From positions 117,552,001 through 117,616,000 of the forward strand of contig OX597820.1 of the NCBI GenBank assembly GCA_951406725.2: DNA of 64,000 bases. The letters run 5' to 3'. The notes under the pieces were generated by a model. It saw only the letters and a list, made by a program, of their open reading frames with translations. It did no database searches and was not told the origin of the DNA. Position 1 is the first letter of the stretch. Each line of letters begins with the position of its first letter. This stretch comes from Octopus vulgaris (lineage: Eukaryota). The position numbers were made by a program, and so were the translations under genes. Positions 12,931-25,267 of this stretch are shown here, piece after piece.

Positions 12931-12935
12931 ATTTT

Positions 12936-12981
<46 letters not shown>

Positions 12982-13259
12982 CGTATGTGTGTATGTATGC
13001 ATATATGTAAATATAGGTATGCGAAGGCACATGGCTCAGTCATTAGAGCATCAGGCTCATAATCATGAGGTAGTGAGTTCAATTCCTGGATCAGGCTGTG
13101 TGTTATGTTCTTGAGCAAGACACTTTATTTCATGTGACTCCAGTTTACTCAGCTGTAGAAATGAGTTGTTCTTTGGAGGGGAACTTTCTAAGTGCAAGTC
13201 CATGATCATTCATGTCCAAAGAGGGGCTTTACCCTTATGTATGTATGTCTCCATGTATG

Positions 13260-13294
<35 letters not shown>

Positions 13295-13333
13295 GTGTAT
13301 GTGTGTATATACATGTATGCATGTATATATATA

Positions 13334-13384
<51 letters not shown>

Positions 13385-13429
13385 GCACATATATATATAC
13401 ATGCATACATGTATATACACACATACACG

Positions 13430-13468
<39 letters not shown>

Positions 13469-14309
13469 TCATCGGAGAAAGCAAGGCGGCGCGAGGCGGC
13501 GGCCACCCGCCGGACTGACGTCGTCTTAGGCTAACGTCTCGGGCATCCTGCCGAACGGTCCCGGAGACATCCACCTGCCGACTGCAAGCCATATATATAA
13601 TATAATATATATAATATAATATATATAATATAATATATATATATATATATATAATATAATAAGTGGAAAAACTAATTTCTGCGAGTCACACTTAGACCCT
13701 CTCTCTCACTATTCAATGACACTCTTACTATTCCTCATGATGGGGTGAGAGTAATTGTAGGCATAGAGACAGTGAAGGTGGTGGCGAAGACAGAGAGAGA
13801 GAGAGAAAAAGAAAAAGAGAGGGAGAGAAAGAGAGACAAAGAAATTTAGGGAGAGTTGATGATGTTTTATAAAAAGTAGGAGTGTTAATGGTGGCAGTGG
13901 GAGTAATAATAAGAGAGAGAGAAAGAGTGGGTACGTGAGAGAGAGAGGGAGACACAAATTCCTGTCACCAACATACTGCACATTATCATTTTTGTTTTAT
14001 TTTTTGCTTTCTTTAATACACATACACACACACACACACACGTATATATAAAATAAACTTTAACTGAAATAAAGTTTCCCCAAAATTATACAATCCTTTC
14101 TACTGGAAGCACAAGGCCTCAAATTTTGAGGGAAGGGATTAAGTTGACTACATCGACCCCAGTATGTAACTGGTACTGATTTTATCGACCTCGAAAGTAT
14201 GAAAGACAAATCAACCTCAGCGGAATTTGAACTCAAAACCTAATGGCAGACAAAATACCGCTAAGTATTTCACCCGATTCTGCCAGCTCGCCACCTTAAT
14301 ATAATATAA

Positions 14310-14843
14310 TAATATAATATAATAGATGTGAATGTCAGTGTGTCACACTTTTTCACCTTTACTCCTAGGGGCCTAACACAACTGATCATACCATTTTGGA
14401 ATCAGGCTGACTCCGTGAGTAAATTAAAAACATTCCGGGCTGAATCTAGACCCACAATCCCCAAATTTTGGATTCCCAAGTTTTCATTACTGCGATTTTC
14501 TTACATGGCTTTTTGTGACAAATTTTTTTGTACGATAGCAATTTCTATAATCTAAAGGCCCACTCCATGAATAAATTAAAAACACTAACGGCCGAACCCA
14601 AACCTGTAATCCTGAAATTTTGGATTCTTATGTTTTCATAACTGCGATTGTTTTCGGCAATTTTTTTTACATGATTTTTTTCGATGAATATGATCTTTAT
14701 TGGGATATGACTCTGGCAGAAGCAATTGCAACAAATTCTCCAAAACAAGTCAGAGATCTGTTTGCAGATTTTCCCATTCAGGGTCAGTTGCTTAAAAGCT
14801 ATATACCAGCTTAAAAGCCACCCTATCAGGTAGCTTTTAAGCT

Positions 14844-14851
<8 letters not shown>
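14310..14851 (+). mobile_element. Non-autonomous Helitron-derived element with a RepHel remnant and terminal hairpin
   Basis: Segment encodes YWDMTLAEAIATNSPKQVRDLFA (resembles the Rep-helicase linker); internal ~90-bp duplication; 23-bp-arm hairpin at 14800-14851. Confidence 0.6.
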
Positions 14852-14891
<40 letters not shown>

Positions 14892-14892
<1 letters not shown>

Positions 14893-15266
14893 TAGCAGTA
14901 TAGCCCAGCATTGCTTGGGTTTGTTTCGACCCTTTAGAATTGGAATTTTTGAAAAGTAAAAATTTTGCATTATGTAGCTTGTTATTTTCTTTAAGTGAAC
15001 ATTTCTCTGGTTGAAATACGCCGAAAAATGGTGACACAGCAGTAAAAAAATCATAAAAAATAGGGATTTTCATAGAAAAAAAGCACCTTTTTGATGTAAA
15101 TAATTTTTGATGTTAACATGATTCGATTTGAATTTTTTCTTCTACGGAAGGAAGAACAAGCCTTCTTCTATCAAACTTTCAATTTTAGTCAACTTGTGCC
15201 ACAGGGTCTCGGAGGAGATAGTGTTAGTTGAAGGCTACCAAACCTGCCATACACAGACAACTTCAG

Positions 15267-15290
<24 letters not shown>
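14892..15290 (-). mobile_element. Non-autonomous Helitron
   Basis: Minus-strand 3' end: hairpin CCCAAGCAATGCTGGG, then CTAG followed by T; 5' end TATATAAAGCTGAAG merges into (TA)n. Confidence 0.75.
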
Positions 15291-15301
<11 letters not shown>

Positions 15302-16017
15302 GATGGGTGTACATATGTATATGTGTATGCATGTGTGTATATATGTATTTGTGTATATATGTCTGCATGCATGTATATTGTTCATGGATCCCATGTAGCA
15401 TAAATATCTTAATATCTAAACCAGAATACGACAGCAAGCTGGCAGAACCGTTAGCATCCCAGGCAAAGTGCTTGGCAGCCTTTCATTCATCTCTAAGATC
15501 TAGGTTCAAATTCCACTGAGGCCGACTTTGCTTTTCATTCTTCCAGGGTCAATGAAATAATAAAAACTAGTTGAACACTGGGGTTGATGTAATTGACTTA
15601 CCCCCCCCCTAAAATTGCTGGCCTTGGGCCAAAATTTGAAGCCAATATCTTACAAGTATCGTCTGTTGATAAATGAATTAGAATTCCTTGGTGTTATTCT
15701 CTTTTATCAAACAGGTTCGTCAGAATATATTGTCAAATGTGTTTACAATTGATCGTTTGCGTTACGCGCCACACCCATCCCCCACCCCTCATTCATCAGA
15801 TCCATACCAAGCCTCACTTCCCCACCATCACCATCATCCCCCATCATTGATCAGAGGAATTTTACGCACTCCAGATGCTGATCTCATTGATTGGAGGAGA
15901 GATTACACACTCCACAGCCTGTCTCCTACATCAAGCTTCCTCGTTAACACTTCAGAAATCAGGATCTCAATTAATTACATTCAAATCACTGACTTTATCA
16001 AATTCAACAAACTCCTC

Positions 16018-16064
<47 letters not shown>

Positions 16065-17189
16065 TCTCTACACAAACACACACACATATACACACATGCA
16101 TGTGCACATGCATGCATGCACACACATACACATGCACATACCCACTCACACACACACAAACGTGCACATACCCCCTCACACACACATATGCACATACCTC
16201 CTCACACACACACACACATGCACATACCCCCTCACACACACACATATCCCCTCACACTCACATGCACATAACCCCTCACACATGCATGCACACACACATG
16301 CACGCACACACACATACACATACCTCCTCAAACACACACACGCTTGCACATACCCCCTCACACACATACATGCACACACACACCACTCACATGCACACAC
16401 ACACACACTCACTGACACACAGAGCAACAAGTCATTGGGTTGGCAGACAAATTGTTTCTTTTTTTCGTTTTTGGATTTGGTTTGCAAGATTCTTTATATG
16501 AGTTTGTGTGTTGAAGCATATTTTGTTGTGTCTGGGGGGAGTCATTTTCTTTTCATACCTTTACCCATCCATCCATCTTCCCCACCCTTTTATCTTGGAA
16601 GGGTGGCAAAGGGTAGGGTCCTCAGCCACCTCCTCCTCCGTAGGGTCCTATCAGAAACAACTGCCATTCAACTTTCCTTCTGGATTCCTAAGCATGGCTA
16701 TTTATTTTAATTCCTTCCAATATTATTTGAATTAGCATGAAAAATGGTTTTATCATAAGGTTTATGGGGGAGTTTTTTGAAGCTCTTTCGTGTTTTTGTT
16801 TTTAAAATTTGAATAAATTTTACCTCTTTTCTGACATTTGACAATGATAGAGTACCAAGTTGAAGAATACAAACCAATTTATCTGACAGCCCAATGCAAG
16901 ATCTTCATCTTAGATTTTAAATATTTATTATACAAGACATTTACAAACACAATCCTAGAACAGTAAAGCATATTTTTAGTTCTCTTTTACTCTTTTACTT
17001 GTTTTAGTCATTTGACTGTGGCCATGCTGGAGCACCGCCTTTAGTTGAGTAAATCGACCCAGGACTTATTCTTTGTAAGCCTAGTACTTATTCTACTGGT
17101 CTCTTTTGCCGAACTGTTAAGTTACGGGGACATAAACACACCAGCATTGGCTGTCAAGCGATGTTGGGGGGACAAACACAGATACACAA

Positions 17190-17243
<54 letters not shown>

Positions 17244-18680
17244 GTAGACAAATCACAAATACCTTCAGGTAGATGGCCCTGCTCGATCTGTAGAAAAGGT
17301 GTAGGTAGAAACTCTATAAGATGCACCAAGTGTAAGCTATGGACACATAAGAGATGCAGCAATGTCAAAGGAAGGCTAACTAGGAAGATGGTTTTTGTAT
17401 GTGGCAGATGCTCAGGAACAATAAACACTGAAAATGCTCTGAGACCAACTTCTGTCACTTTCCAGGGAGAAAAACTAGAAATAGTTGATAGTTTCCGTTA
17501 CCTAGGTGACCAAGTCAGCAGCGGGGGCGGGTGTGCTGAAAGTGTAACTGCTAGAGTAAGAATAGCTTGGGCAAAGTTCAGAGAGCTCTTACCTCTGCTG
17601 GTGACAAAAGGCCTCTCGCACAGAGTGAAAGGCAGACTGTATGATGCGTGTGTACGAACAGCCATGCTACATGGCAGTGAAACATGGGCCGTGACTGCTG
17701 AGGATATGCGTAAGCTCGCTAGAAATGAAGCCAGTATGCTCCGATGGATGTGTAATGCCAGTACTCACACTCGGCAGAGTGTAAGTACCTTGAGAGAAAA
17801 GCTGGACCTAAGAAGCATCAGTTGTGGTGTGCAAGAGAGACGTTTGCGCTGGTATGGTCATGTGGCGAGAATGGATGAAGATAGTTGTGTGAAAAAGTGC
17901 CACACCCTAGCGGTTGAGGGAACCTGTGGAAGAGGCAGACCCAGGAAAACCTGGGACGAGGTGGTGAAGCACGACCTTCGAACTTTAGGTCTCACCGAGG
18001 AAATGACTAGAGACCGAGACCTCTGGAAGTGTGCTGTGCGCGAGAAGACCCGGCAGGACAAGTGAGTCCACAACCCGTGGCCTTCTACATGGGATGGAGC
18101 CAGCCTACGTATGCATACCTTCCCTTCTTGGGACACAAAACTCTACTTGTGAAGACGTGTTGAGGCAAGTGAGGATCAGAATCGAAATCGATCAATGGAA
18201 ATTGCGGATGTGCTACCAGTGCCGGTGGCATGTCGAAACTCTGCTTGTGAAGACCCATTGAGGCAAGTGAGGATCAGAATCGAAATCGATCAATGGAAAT
18301 CGATCAATGGAAATTGCAGATGTGTTACCAGTGCCGGTGGCATGTAAGAGAACCTTCCGTTTCGCGACCGTTGCCAGCACCGCCCCATTTCGTGTTCGTT
18401 GCCAGCCTCGCCTGGCCCTCGTGCCGGTGGCACATAAAAAACACCATCCGTTCGTGGCCGTTTGCCAGCCCTGGCTGGCACCAGTGCGGGTGGCACGTAA
18501 AAAGCACCCACTACACTCACGGAGTGGTTGGCGTTAGGAAGGGCATCCAGCCGTAGAAACACTGCCAGATTTGACTGGGCCTGATGAAGCCTTCTGGCTT
18601 CACAGACCCCAGCAGAACTGTCCAACCCATGCTAGCATGGAAAGCGGACGCTAAATGATGATGATGATGATGATGATGAT
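17244..18680 (+). mobile_element. 5'-truncated RTE-type LINE: open ORF end 17244-18065, repetitive 3' UTR and (GAT)n tail
   Basis: Uninterrupted frame with C4HC3 finger, FRYLG, LHGSETW, RRLRWYGHV and GRGRPRKTW; inserted in the (TA)n of a family-A SINE whose halves are at 16981-17243 and 18960-19120. Confidence 0.9.
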
Positions 18681-18683
18681 ATA

Positions 18684-18846
18684 CTTTATTTAAAGCAGCA
18701 GAAAATTCAACAAAACCTGTTACTCTGAGTTTCCCGTTGCCGTTCATCGGACAGTTTTTGCTAGAATTCTAGCAAAAACTGTCTGATGAACGAACGAAAA
18801 CTCAGAGTAACAGATTTTGTTGAATTTTCTGCTGCTTTAAATAAAG
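18684..18846. repeat. Spacerless palindrome carrying a degenerate hammerhead in each arm
   Basis: Centre CTAGAATTCTAG (18761-18772); minus 18716-18755: ACUGU-CCGAUGA-ACGGCAACGG-GAAA-CUCAGAG-UA-ACAG; plus 18778-18814: CUGAUGA with shortened stem II. Confidence 0.8.
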
Positions 18847-18915
18847 CATATTACTCTACCACTGGTATTTGAGTACTCTTTTTTCCACCTTGTTTCACAT
18901 TTATGTGTTTACTCC

Positions 18916-18964
<49 letters not shown>

Positions 18965-19611
18965 TATGAGAGGCTTCTTCCAGTTTCCATCTACCAAATC
19001 CACTCACAAGGCTTTGGTTATCCTGAAGCTATAGTAGAAGACACTTACCCAAGGTGCCACACAGTGGGACTGAACCCGGAACCATGTGGTTGGTAAGCAA
19101 GCTTCTTACCACACAGCCACAGGAGGACCTTTTCTTTGGGTTTTCTTACTTTGGTTTGTTTTAGAAATTTTTCATGTAAATAAAAAGACAGTGAACTGGC
19201 AGAACCATTTGCACGTTGGACAGAATGTTGAGAGGCATTCCTTCTGGTCCTTTATGTTGTGAGTTCAAATCCCACCTTACCTTTCATTCCTTTGGGATCA
19301 ATAAAAGGAAGTACCAGTCATACACTGAGGTCAGTGTAACTGACTTGACCCCTCCAGTGTGCTGCTCATGAGCACTGTTGTGATCTTAATCATTTATAAA
19401 CCACAGAAAGCAGATAACTGGCTTTAAGAGTCCCAGGGTTCAAAGCTGGGTCTTTTTTTGTTGCTGTCATCATTTTCTAATTTTTGTATTTTGTTCCAGT
19501 TTTTTTTCCAATTTGGTTTCCCAATTTAGTTTTGTATGTTAATTATAAAAATGAAAATTCTTTTAGCCATAAATGAATAACTAAAAAGTTAATAGCTTTT
19601 AAAGTCATGGA

Positions 19612-19638
19612 CGTATTGGTGCCTGTTTCCATAGTAAC
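19612..19638. promoter_or_regulatory. RFX X-box next to a CCAAT box (candidate ciliary-gene promoter)
   Basis: GTTTCCATAGTAAC at 19625-19638 fits GTHNYY-AT-RRNAAC; ATTGG at 19615-19619; lies in non-repetitive sequence upstream of the IQCG exon. Confidence 0.55.
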
Positions 19639-19704
19639 GAGTGAACCTGTAATCTGCTGCTTGAATCACCATCACCACAGCGTGCATTCTCTTTTAGATC
19701 AGGT

Positions 19705-20126
19705 CAGTGGTTCCCAACCTTTTCACTACCAAGGACCCCTTTTATTTAAACGAGTTTTCCCATGGACCCGTTTTGATATGCCTATCCTTATATACATATA
19801 AGGTGCTTTTACGTGTCACCGACACGTAAAAGCACTAACCGATCATGGCCGTTTGCCAGCCTCCTCTGGCACCTGTGCCAGTGGCACGTAAAAATCACCC
19901 ACTACATTCACGGAGTGGTTGGTGTTAGGAAGGGCATCCAGCTGTAGAAACACTGTCAAACCAGACTGGAGCCTGGTGCAGCCTCCTAGCTTCCCAGACC
20001 CCGGTCAAACCATCCAACCCATGCTAGCATGGAAAACGGACGTATGATGATGATGATGATGATGATGATACACATGTGTATGTATTTATATATATATATA
20101 TACACACATATATGTATACACATGTG

Positions 20127-20174
<48 letters not shown>

Positions 20175-20650
20175 GAGGCGCAATGGCCCAGTGGTTAGGG
20201 CAGTGGACTCGCGGTCATAGGATTGCGGTTTCGATTCCCAGACCAGGCGTTGTGAGGGTTTATTGAGCGAAAACACCTAAAAAAGCTCCACGAGGCTCCA
20301 GCAGGGGATGGTGGTGATCCCTGCTGTACTCTTTCACCACAACTTTCTCTCACTCTTACTTCCTGTTTCTGTTGTACCTGTATTTCAAGGGGCCGGCCTT
20401 GTCACTCTGTGTCACGCTGAATATCCCCGAGAACTACGTTAAGGGTGCACGTGTCTGTGGAGTGCTCAGCCACTTACAGGCTGTTCCGTTGATTCAGATC
20501 AACCGGAACCCTCATCGTCGTAACCGACGGAGTGCTTCCTTATATATATATATATATATATATATACATGAAATTTTGAATTTACATGGACATGCAGCAC
20601 TACCTTTGCAGAACACCAGGGGTTCGCGGACCACAGGTTGGGAACCACTG
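19705..20650. mobile_element. hAT (Charlie-like) MITE split by a nested LINE tail and SINE
   Basis: Terminal inverted repeats (TIRs) CAGTGGTTCCCAACCT (19705-19720) and AGGTTGGGAACCACTG (20635-20650); 8-bp flanks GATCAGGT and GTCTAGGT. Confidence 0.75.
20173..20536 (+). mobile_element. tRNA-derived SINE (family C)
   Basis: A box TGGCCCAGTGG, B box GTTTCGATTCC; other copies at 29672-30040(-), 2530-2730(+, 3' part) and 28885-28972(-, head). Confidence 0.8.
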
Positions 20651-21845
20651 GTCTAGGTAATATCTTGATGAGTCAAACCCTAGCCCCTAACCCTAACCTT
20701 AAACCCTAATCCTAAAATAAAGTCTGTCTGTTTTTTGGTAATTTTTCACAAAAACTTTTATTGAGGATTTTTTTTCTATTCAAATTATTTACATGTGTGT
20801 TCGACCGTTTCAGATGACTTTCTTCATTATTAGAATTTCAAAACTTCTTACAGCTTTCATCATCGAATTTGTTTTTGCTCTCATTTTGTGATAGACATTT
20901 ATTACATTAATAAAATGCCAGCTTCCAAATCCTGTTTTCTATCAAAGTTTGAACCTCTGTAATATTTTGATAAAATTTTTTCTGGAACAAGTCAATTAGG
21001 CTTTGAGATTCAGCAAGGAAAATTAGAACGATACATAAAAATGAGAAAATTTTCCCTTGATTTTAAAATTTCAAAATCTGTGACAGCAACAGAAAAGATG
21101 ATCAAAGCTGAAGACTCACAACTTGGAGTTTTTCATTTTGGGGCCAGATCCTTACTCATTTGCTTATCTATTTGTTTGTTCATTTTATGTCCATTTTTTC
21201 CCTCCGTTCTAGCATGGGTAAGGGAAATATGTTATTGAGGTAGTGCTTTACAGCTGGATACCCTTTCTTGACATAAACCCTTAATTGATTTTCAAGTGAG
21301 GGATCTCTTATTCCATTGTGGCTTTCAGGTCAGGAATTAAATGGGTGATCGATTGACTAGAAAAATGACAAAATGAGTTCTATGCAAATGGCATGACTTT
21401 TGAATAAACAAGTGGCAGATGTAAACAGACACACATACATACATCATACATACACATACACACACATATGTATATATATATATATACATATATATATACA
21501 CACATATTTATATGTATATATATATATATATATACATACACGCACACACACATGTTTATAAGTATATGTATATATCTACGTAGATATAGATATAGATATA
21601 TACATATATATAGTGTATATGTATATGCTTTTATATATATATATGCATAATGTAGCAGGATCTGTCAAACAATGAAAGATACCAGATAGTCTTGAAACCC
21701 TTACGTTATGCAGTATGCACATGGTGCCTCCTTGAAACAGCTGTAGTAATCAACTACTTCTTCCATTCCCTTTATTTATAAACTATACACACACATACAT
21801 ACATATATACATATATATATATATGTGTGTGTATATATATATATA

Positions 21846-21913
<68 letters not shown>

Positions 21914-21916
<3 letters not shown>

Positions 21917-22280
21917 TCATTTAGCATCCGTTTTCCATGCTAGCATGGGTTGGACGGTTCAACTGGGGTCTGTGAAGCCAGAAGGCTTCATCAGGCCCAG
22001 TCAGATCTGGCAGTGTTTCTACAGCTGGATGCCCTTCCTAACGCCAACCACTCCGTGAGTGTAGTGGCTGCTTTTTACATGCCACCCGCACAGGTGCCAG
22101 ACAGAGCTGGCAAATGGCCATGAACGGATGGTGCTTTTATGTGCCACCGGCACGGGGGCCAGGCAAGACTGGCAACGAACATGAACGGATTGTGCTTTTA
22201 CGTGCCACCGGCACGGGGGCCAGGCGAGGCTGGCAACGGACACGAGCGGATGGTGCTTTTACATGCCACCGGCACGGGGG
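21914..22280 (-). mobile_element. RTE LINE 3'-UTR fragment with ~62-bp tandem units
   Basis: Matches 18300-18680; repeated GTGCCACCGGCAC hairpin units; similar pieces at 22510-22810, 25600-25940, 26273-26585, 29200-29580, 35057-35502 and 56720-56985. Confidence 0.8.
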
Positions 22281-22920
22281 TGAAAATTAATATAACTATC
22301 ATTGGACAAGATATACCAAAAAGGCTATAGATATAGGACAAATATAAAATATGTATAAACAATGTAACATTGAGTCACTTGCTTTTAATGATAAAGAAGA
22401 AAAGAATTAATTTTCATTTTCTTTCATCCCATACATGAAAACTAGATGGAGTATTAATTAAAGATTTTAAATATGAATTTGTGATGAGACAAATATATAT
22501 ATATATATATGGTGGCACGTAAGGGAACCATCTGAACGTGGACGTTGCTAGCGCCACCCCAACTGGCCTCCGTGCCGGTGGCACGTAAAAAGCACCATCC
22601 GATCGTGGCCGTTTGCTAGCCTTGCCTGGCACGTAAAGAGCACCCACTATACTCACGGAGTGTTTGGCGTTAGGAAGGGCATCCAGCTGTAGAAACACCG
22701 CCAGATCAGACTGGGCCTGGTGCAGCCTTCTGGCTTCCCAAACCCCAGTTGAACTGTCCAAACCATGCTAGCATGGAAAGCGGACGTTAAACAATGATGA
22801 TGATGATAATGATGAGATATATATATATATATTTAACAAGAAGGTTTTATAACATGTTGCCCACTTGATATTATCATTTACGTGTTTTTATCCTTGTTTA
22901 TATAAATAATATATATATAA

Positions 22921-23039
<119 letters not shown>

Positions 23040-23100
23040 ACAAATAGAAAGATAAATTTTAATCACCCTTGCATTGATTAAAATTTATCTTTCTACTTGT
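23040..23100. repeat. 26-bp-arm inverted repeat with 9-nt spacer
   Basis: ACAAATAGAAAGATAAATTTTAATCA / TGATTAAAATTTATCTTTCTACTTGT, one mismatch. Confidence 0.9.
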
Positions 23101-23695
23101 TCTACGATATATTTCAATGCTTCAAAAACACACACACACACGTCATCATCATTTAATATCCACTTTTCCATGCCAGCATGAGTCAGAGAGAATTTGTTGA
23201 TGCAGATTTTATACAACTTGATGCCCTTCCTGCTGCCAACACTCATCTGAAAGTAAGGTGATATTGCCTAGGACCAGGCATGTTTTCATGGAAGGTTGGA
23301 AATGAAGAACACAGCTTTGATGATGGTGACATTTGTTTGCAATTATCACCTGAAGTGAAGGCAAAGAGACAGTAACACACATACACACATACACATGCAT
23401 ACACACTTGCACTCACATACATACATACATACATTCACATACAGTGGGCTTCTTTCAATTTCTGCCTAACAAATTCTCTCACAAGGCTTAAGTCAGCCTC
23501 AGGCTTTAGAAGACACTTGCCCAAGGTACCATGCATGGGACTGAACCCAGAACAATGTGATTTATATATATATATATATATATAAAGAGAGAGAGAGAGA
23601 GAGAGTTAATCCAAACAAGAAAGCACAAAAAAAACACAACAACGCGAGGACGTGGAAAAAATATAGTATTATTGGACGCTCAGGAAAGAAGAAGG

Positions 23696-23730
23696 GTTTA
23701 ACGTTTCGAGCGGAGCTCTTCGTCAGAAAC
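23696..23730 (-). ncRNA. Minimal type-I hammerhead ribozyme with an intact core
   Basis: GUUU-CUGACGA-A-GAGC(UCC)GCUC-GAAA-CG-UU-AAAC; palindromic AACGUU stem III. Confidence 0.8.
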
Positions 23731-23814
23731 ATAGGAGAAGGAAAGATCCAGAGAAGGGAAGGCGGAGGAGAAAAAAAATCGCCAACGGTACGCACGCGAT
23801 ATATGTATGTATGT

Positions 23815-24205
23815 ATTCTTTTATTTGTTTCAGTCATTTGACTGTAGCCATGCTAGAGCACTGCCTTCAGTTGAACAAATAGCCCCCAGGACTTATTCTT
23901 TGTATACCTAGTACTTATTCTGTCAGTCCCTTTTGCCAAACTGTTAAGTTACCGAGACATAAACACACCAGCATCGATTGTCAAGCGATGGTGGGGGGAT
24001 GAATACAGACACACATACAGACACACACACATATCTTTATATATATGACAGGCTTCTTTCAGTTTCCGTCTACCAAATCCACTCACAAAGCTTTGGCCAG
24101 TCCAAGGCTATAGTAGAAGACACTTGCTCAAGGTGCCACGCAGTGGGACTGAACCCAGAACCATGTGGTTGGGAAGCAAGCTACTTACCACACAGCCACT
24201 CCTGC
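23815..24205 (-). mobile_element. SINE family A
   Basis: Match to family A. Confidence 0.8.
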
Positions 24206-24208
24206 ATA

Positions 24209-24256
<48 letters not shown>

Positions 24257-24822
24257 CATACATATATATATCTATATACATATATATATGTATATATACA
24301 CGCACATATATATGTTTGTATATATATATATATGTGTGTGTGTACCAATTATATTAACATATAATACGCAATTGCATATAATGTGCAGTGCTAAGTTTTA
24401 GTTACATTATCGCAGGAAGCTATCTCTTGCATATAATAGACACTGACTTTTTAAAAATGACTTTTGAACTTTAATGGTTAAAAAGTTATTTTCCATTTCA
24501 TTTAACTGGCAAACACTGGGAAATTGGTGCCACCAACTTTCACTATAGAAGAATATGAAAGGCATAAAGCAGAAGGTAAACACCTCCATTGTTAAAGCAT
24601 CATCATCGTTTTCAAGTCTTGCATGTGTTGTACAAAGTTTTAATGGGGCAGATTTTCTCTGGCCGGGATGCCCTTCCTGTCACCAACACTCACTTGTTTC
24701 CAAGTAAGCTAATATATACCTGTTCATGGTCAGGCATGTTTGTGCAGAAGATTAGAAATGAATGACATTCATTTGCAACAACTAAATGATGTCAAGACAA
24801 GGAGACACAAACATACACATTC

Positions 24823-24856
<34 letters not shown>

Positions 24857-24866
24857 CATATATATG

Positions 24867-24900
<34 letters not shown>

Positions 24901-25061
24901 CATATATATGTATATATACAACTTATAAATAAGGGCAAACAAAAAAATTTCTAATGCCAAATATGCCGAAAATTGGACATATTGTCCATAACCATTATAA
25001 TTTTTCACAATACGCACACTACTCGAAAAAATCCGACAGAAATTTCTAAAAGATTCCATTA

Positions 25062-25121
25062 TTACCATATCGGACCGATTTCCGGTTTAGTTCGTAAGAA
25101 CCCTCCCTTCATCAGTGATAA
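25062..25121 (-). ncRNA. Type-I hammerhead ribozyme (left arm)
   Basis: UUAUCA-CUGAUGA-AGGGAGGGUUCUUACGAACUAAACCG-GAAA-UCGGUCCGA-UA-UGGUAA. Confidence 0.7.
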
Positions 25122-25267
25122 ATGCGGCAAAGAAATAAGTAAAATACTTACTTATACCCATGGAAGAAGCAAAACACAAAGTCATGAGCACAACTAAGTA
25201 CCCCAAATACATCCCAAATATTTTCCATGGGTATGAGTAAGTATCTGATTTATTTCTTTTGCCACAT

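Noticed and set aside
15688-16710. 340-aa ORF with an acceptor-like site at 15715
   Set aside because: Mostly CT/CA microsatellite, and its unique-looking start is one copy of the inverted pair with 12401-12519.
20173-20250. tRNA genes at SINE heads (also 6255, 12683, 58690)
   Set aside because: A/B boxes continue into SINE bodies; no complete cloverleaf or terminator.
20676-20716. Interstitial telomere (TAACCC-like)
   Set aside because: Only about six degenerate units; too short to support.
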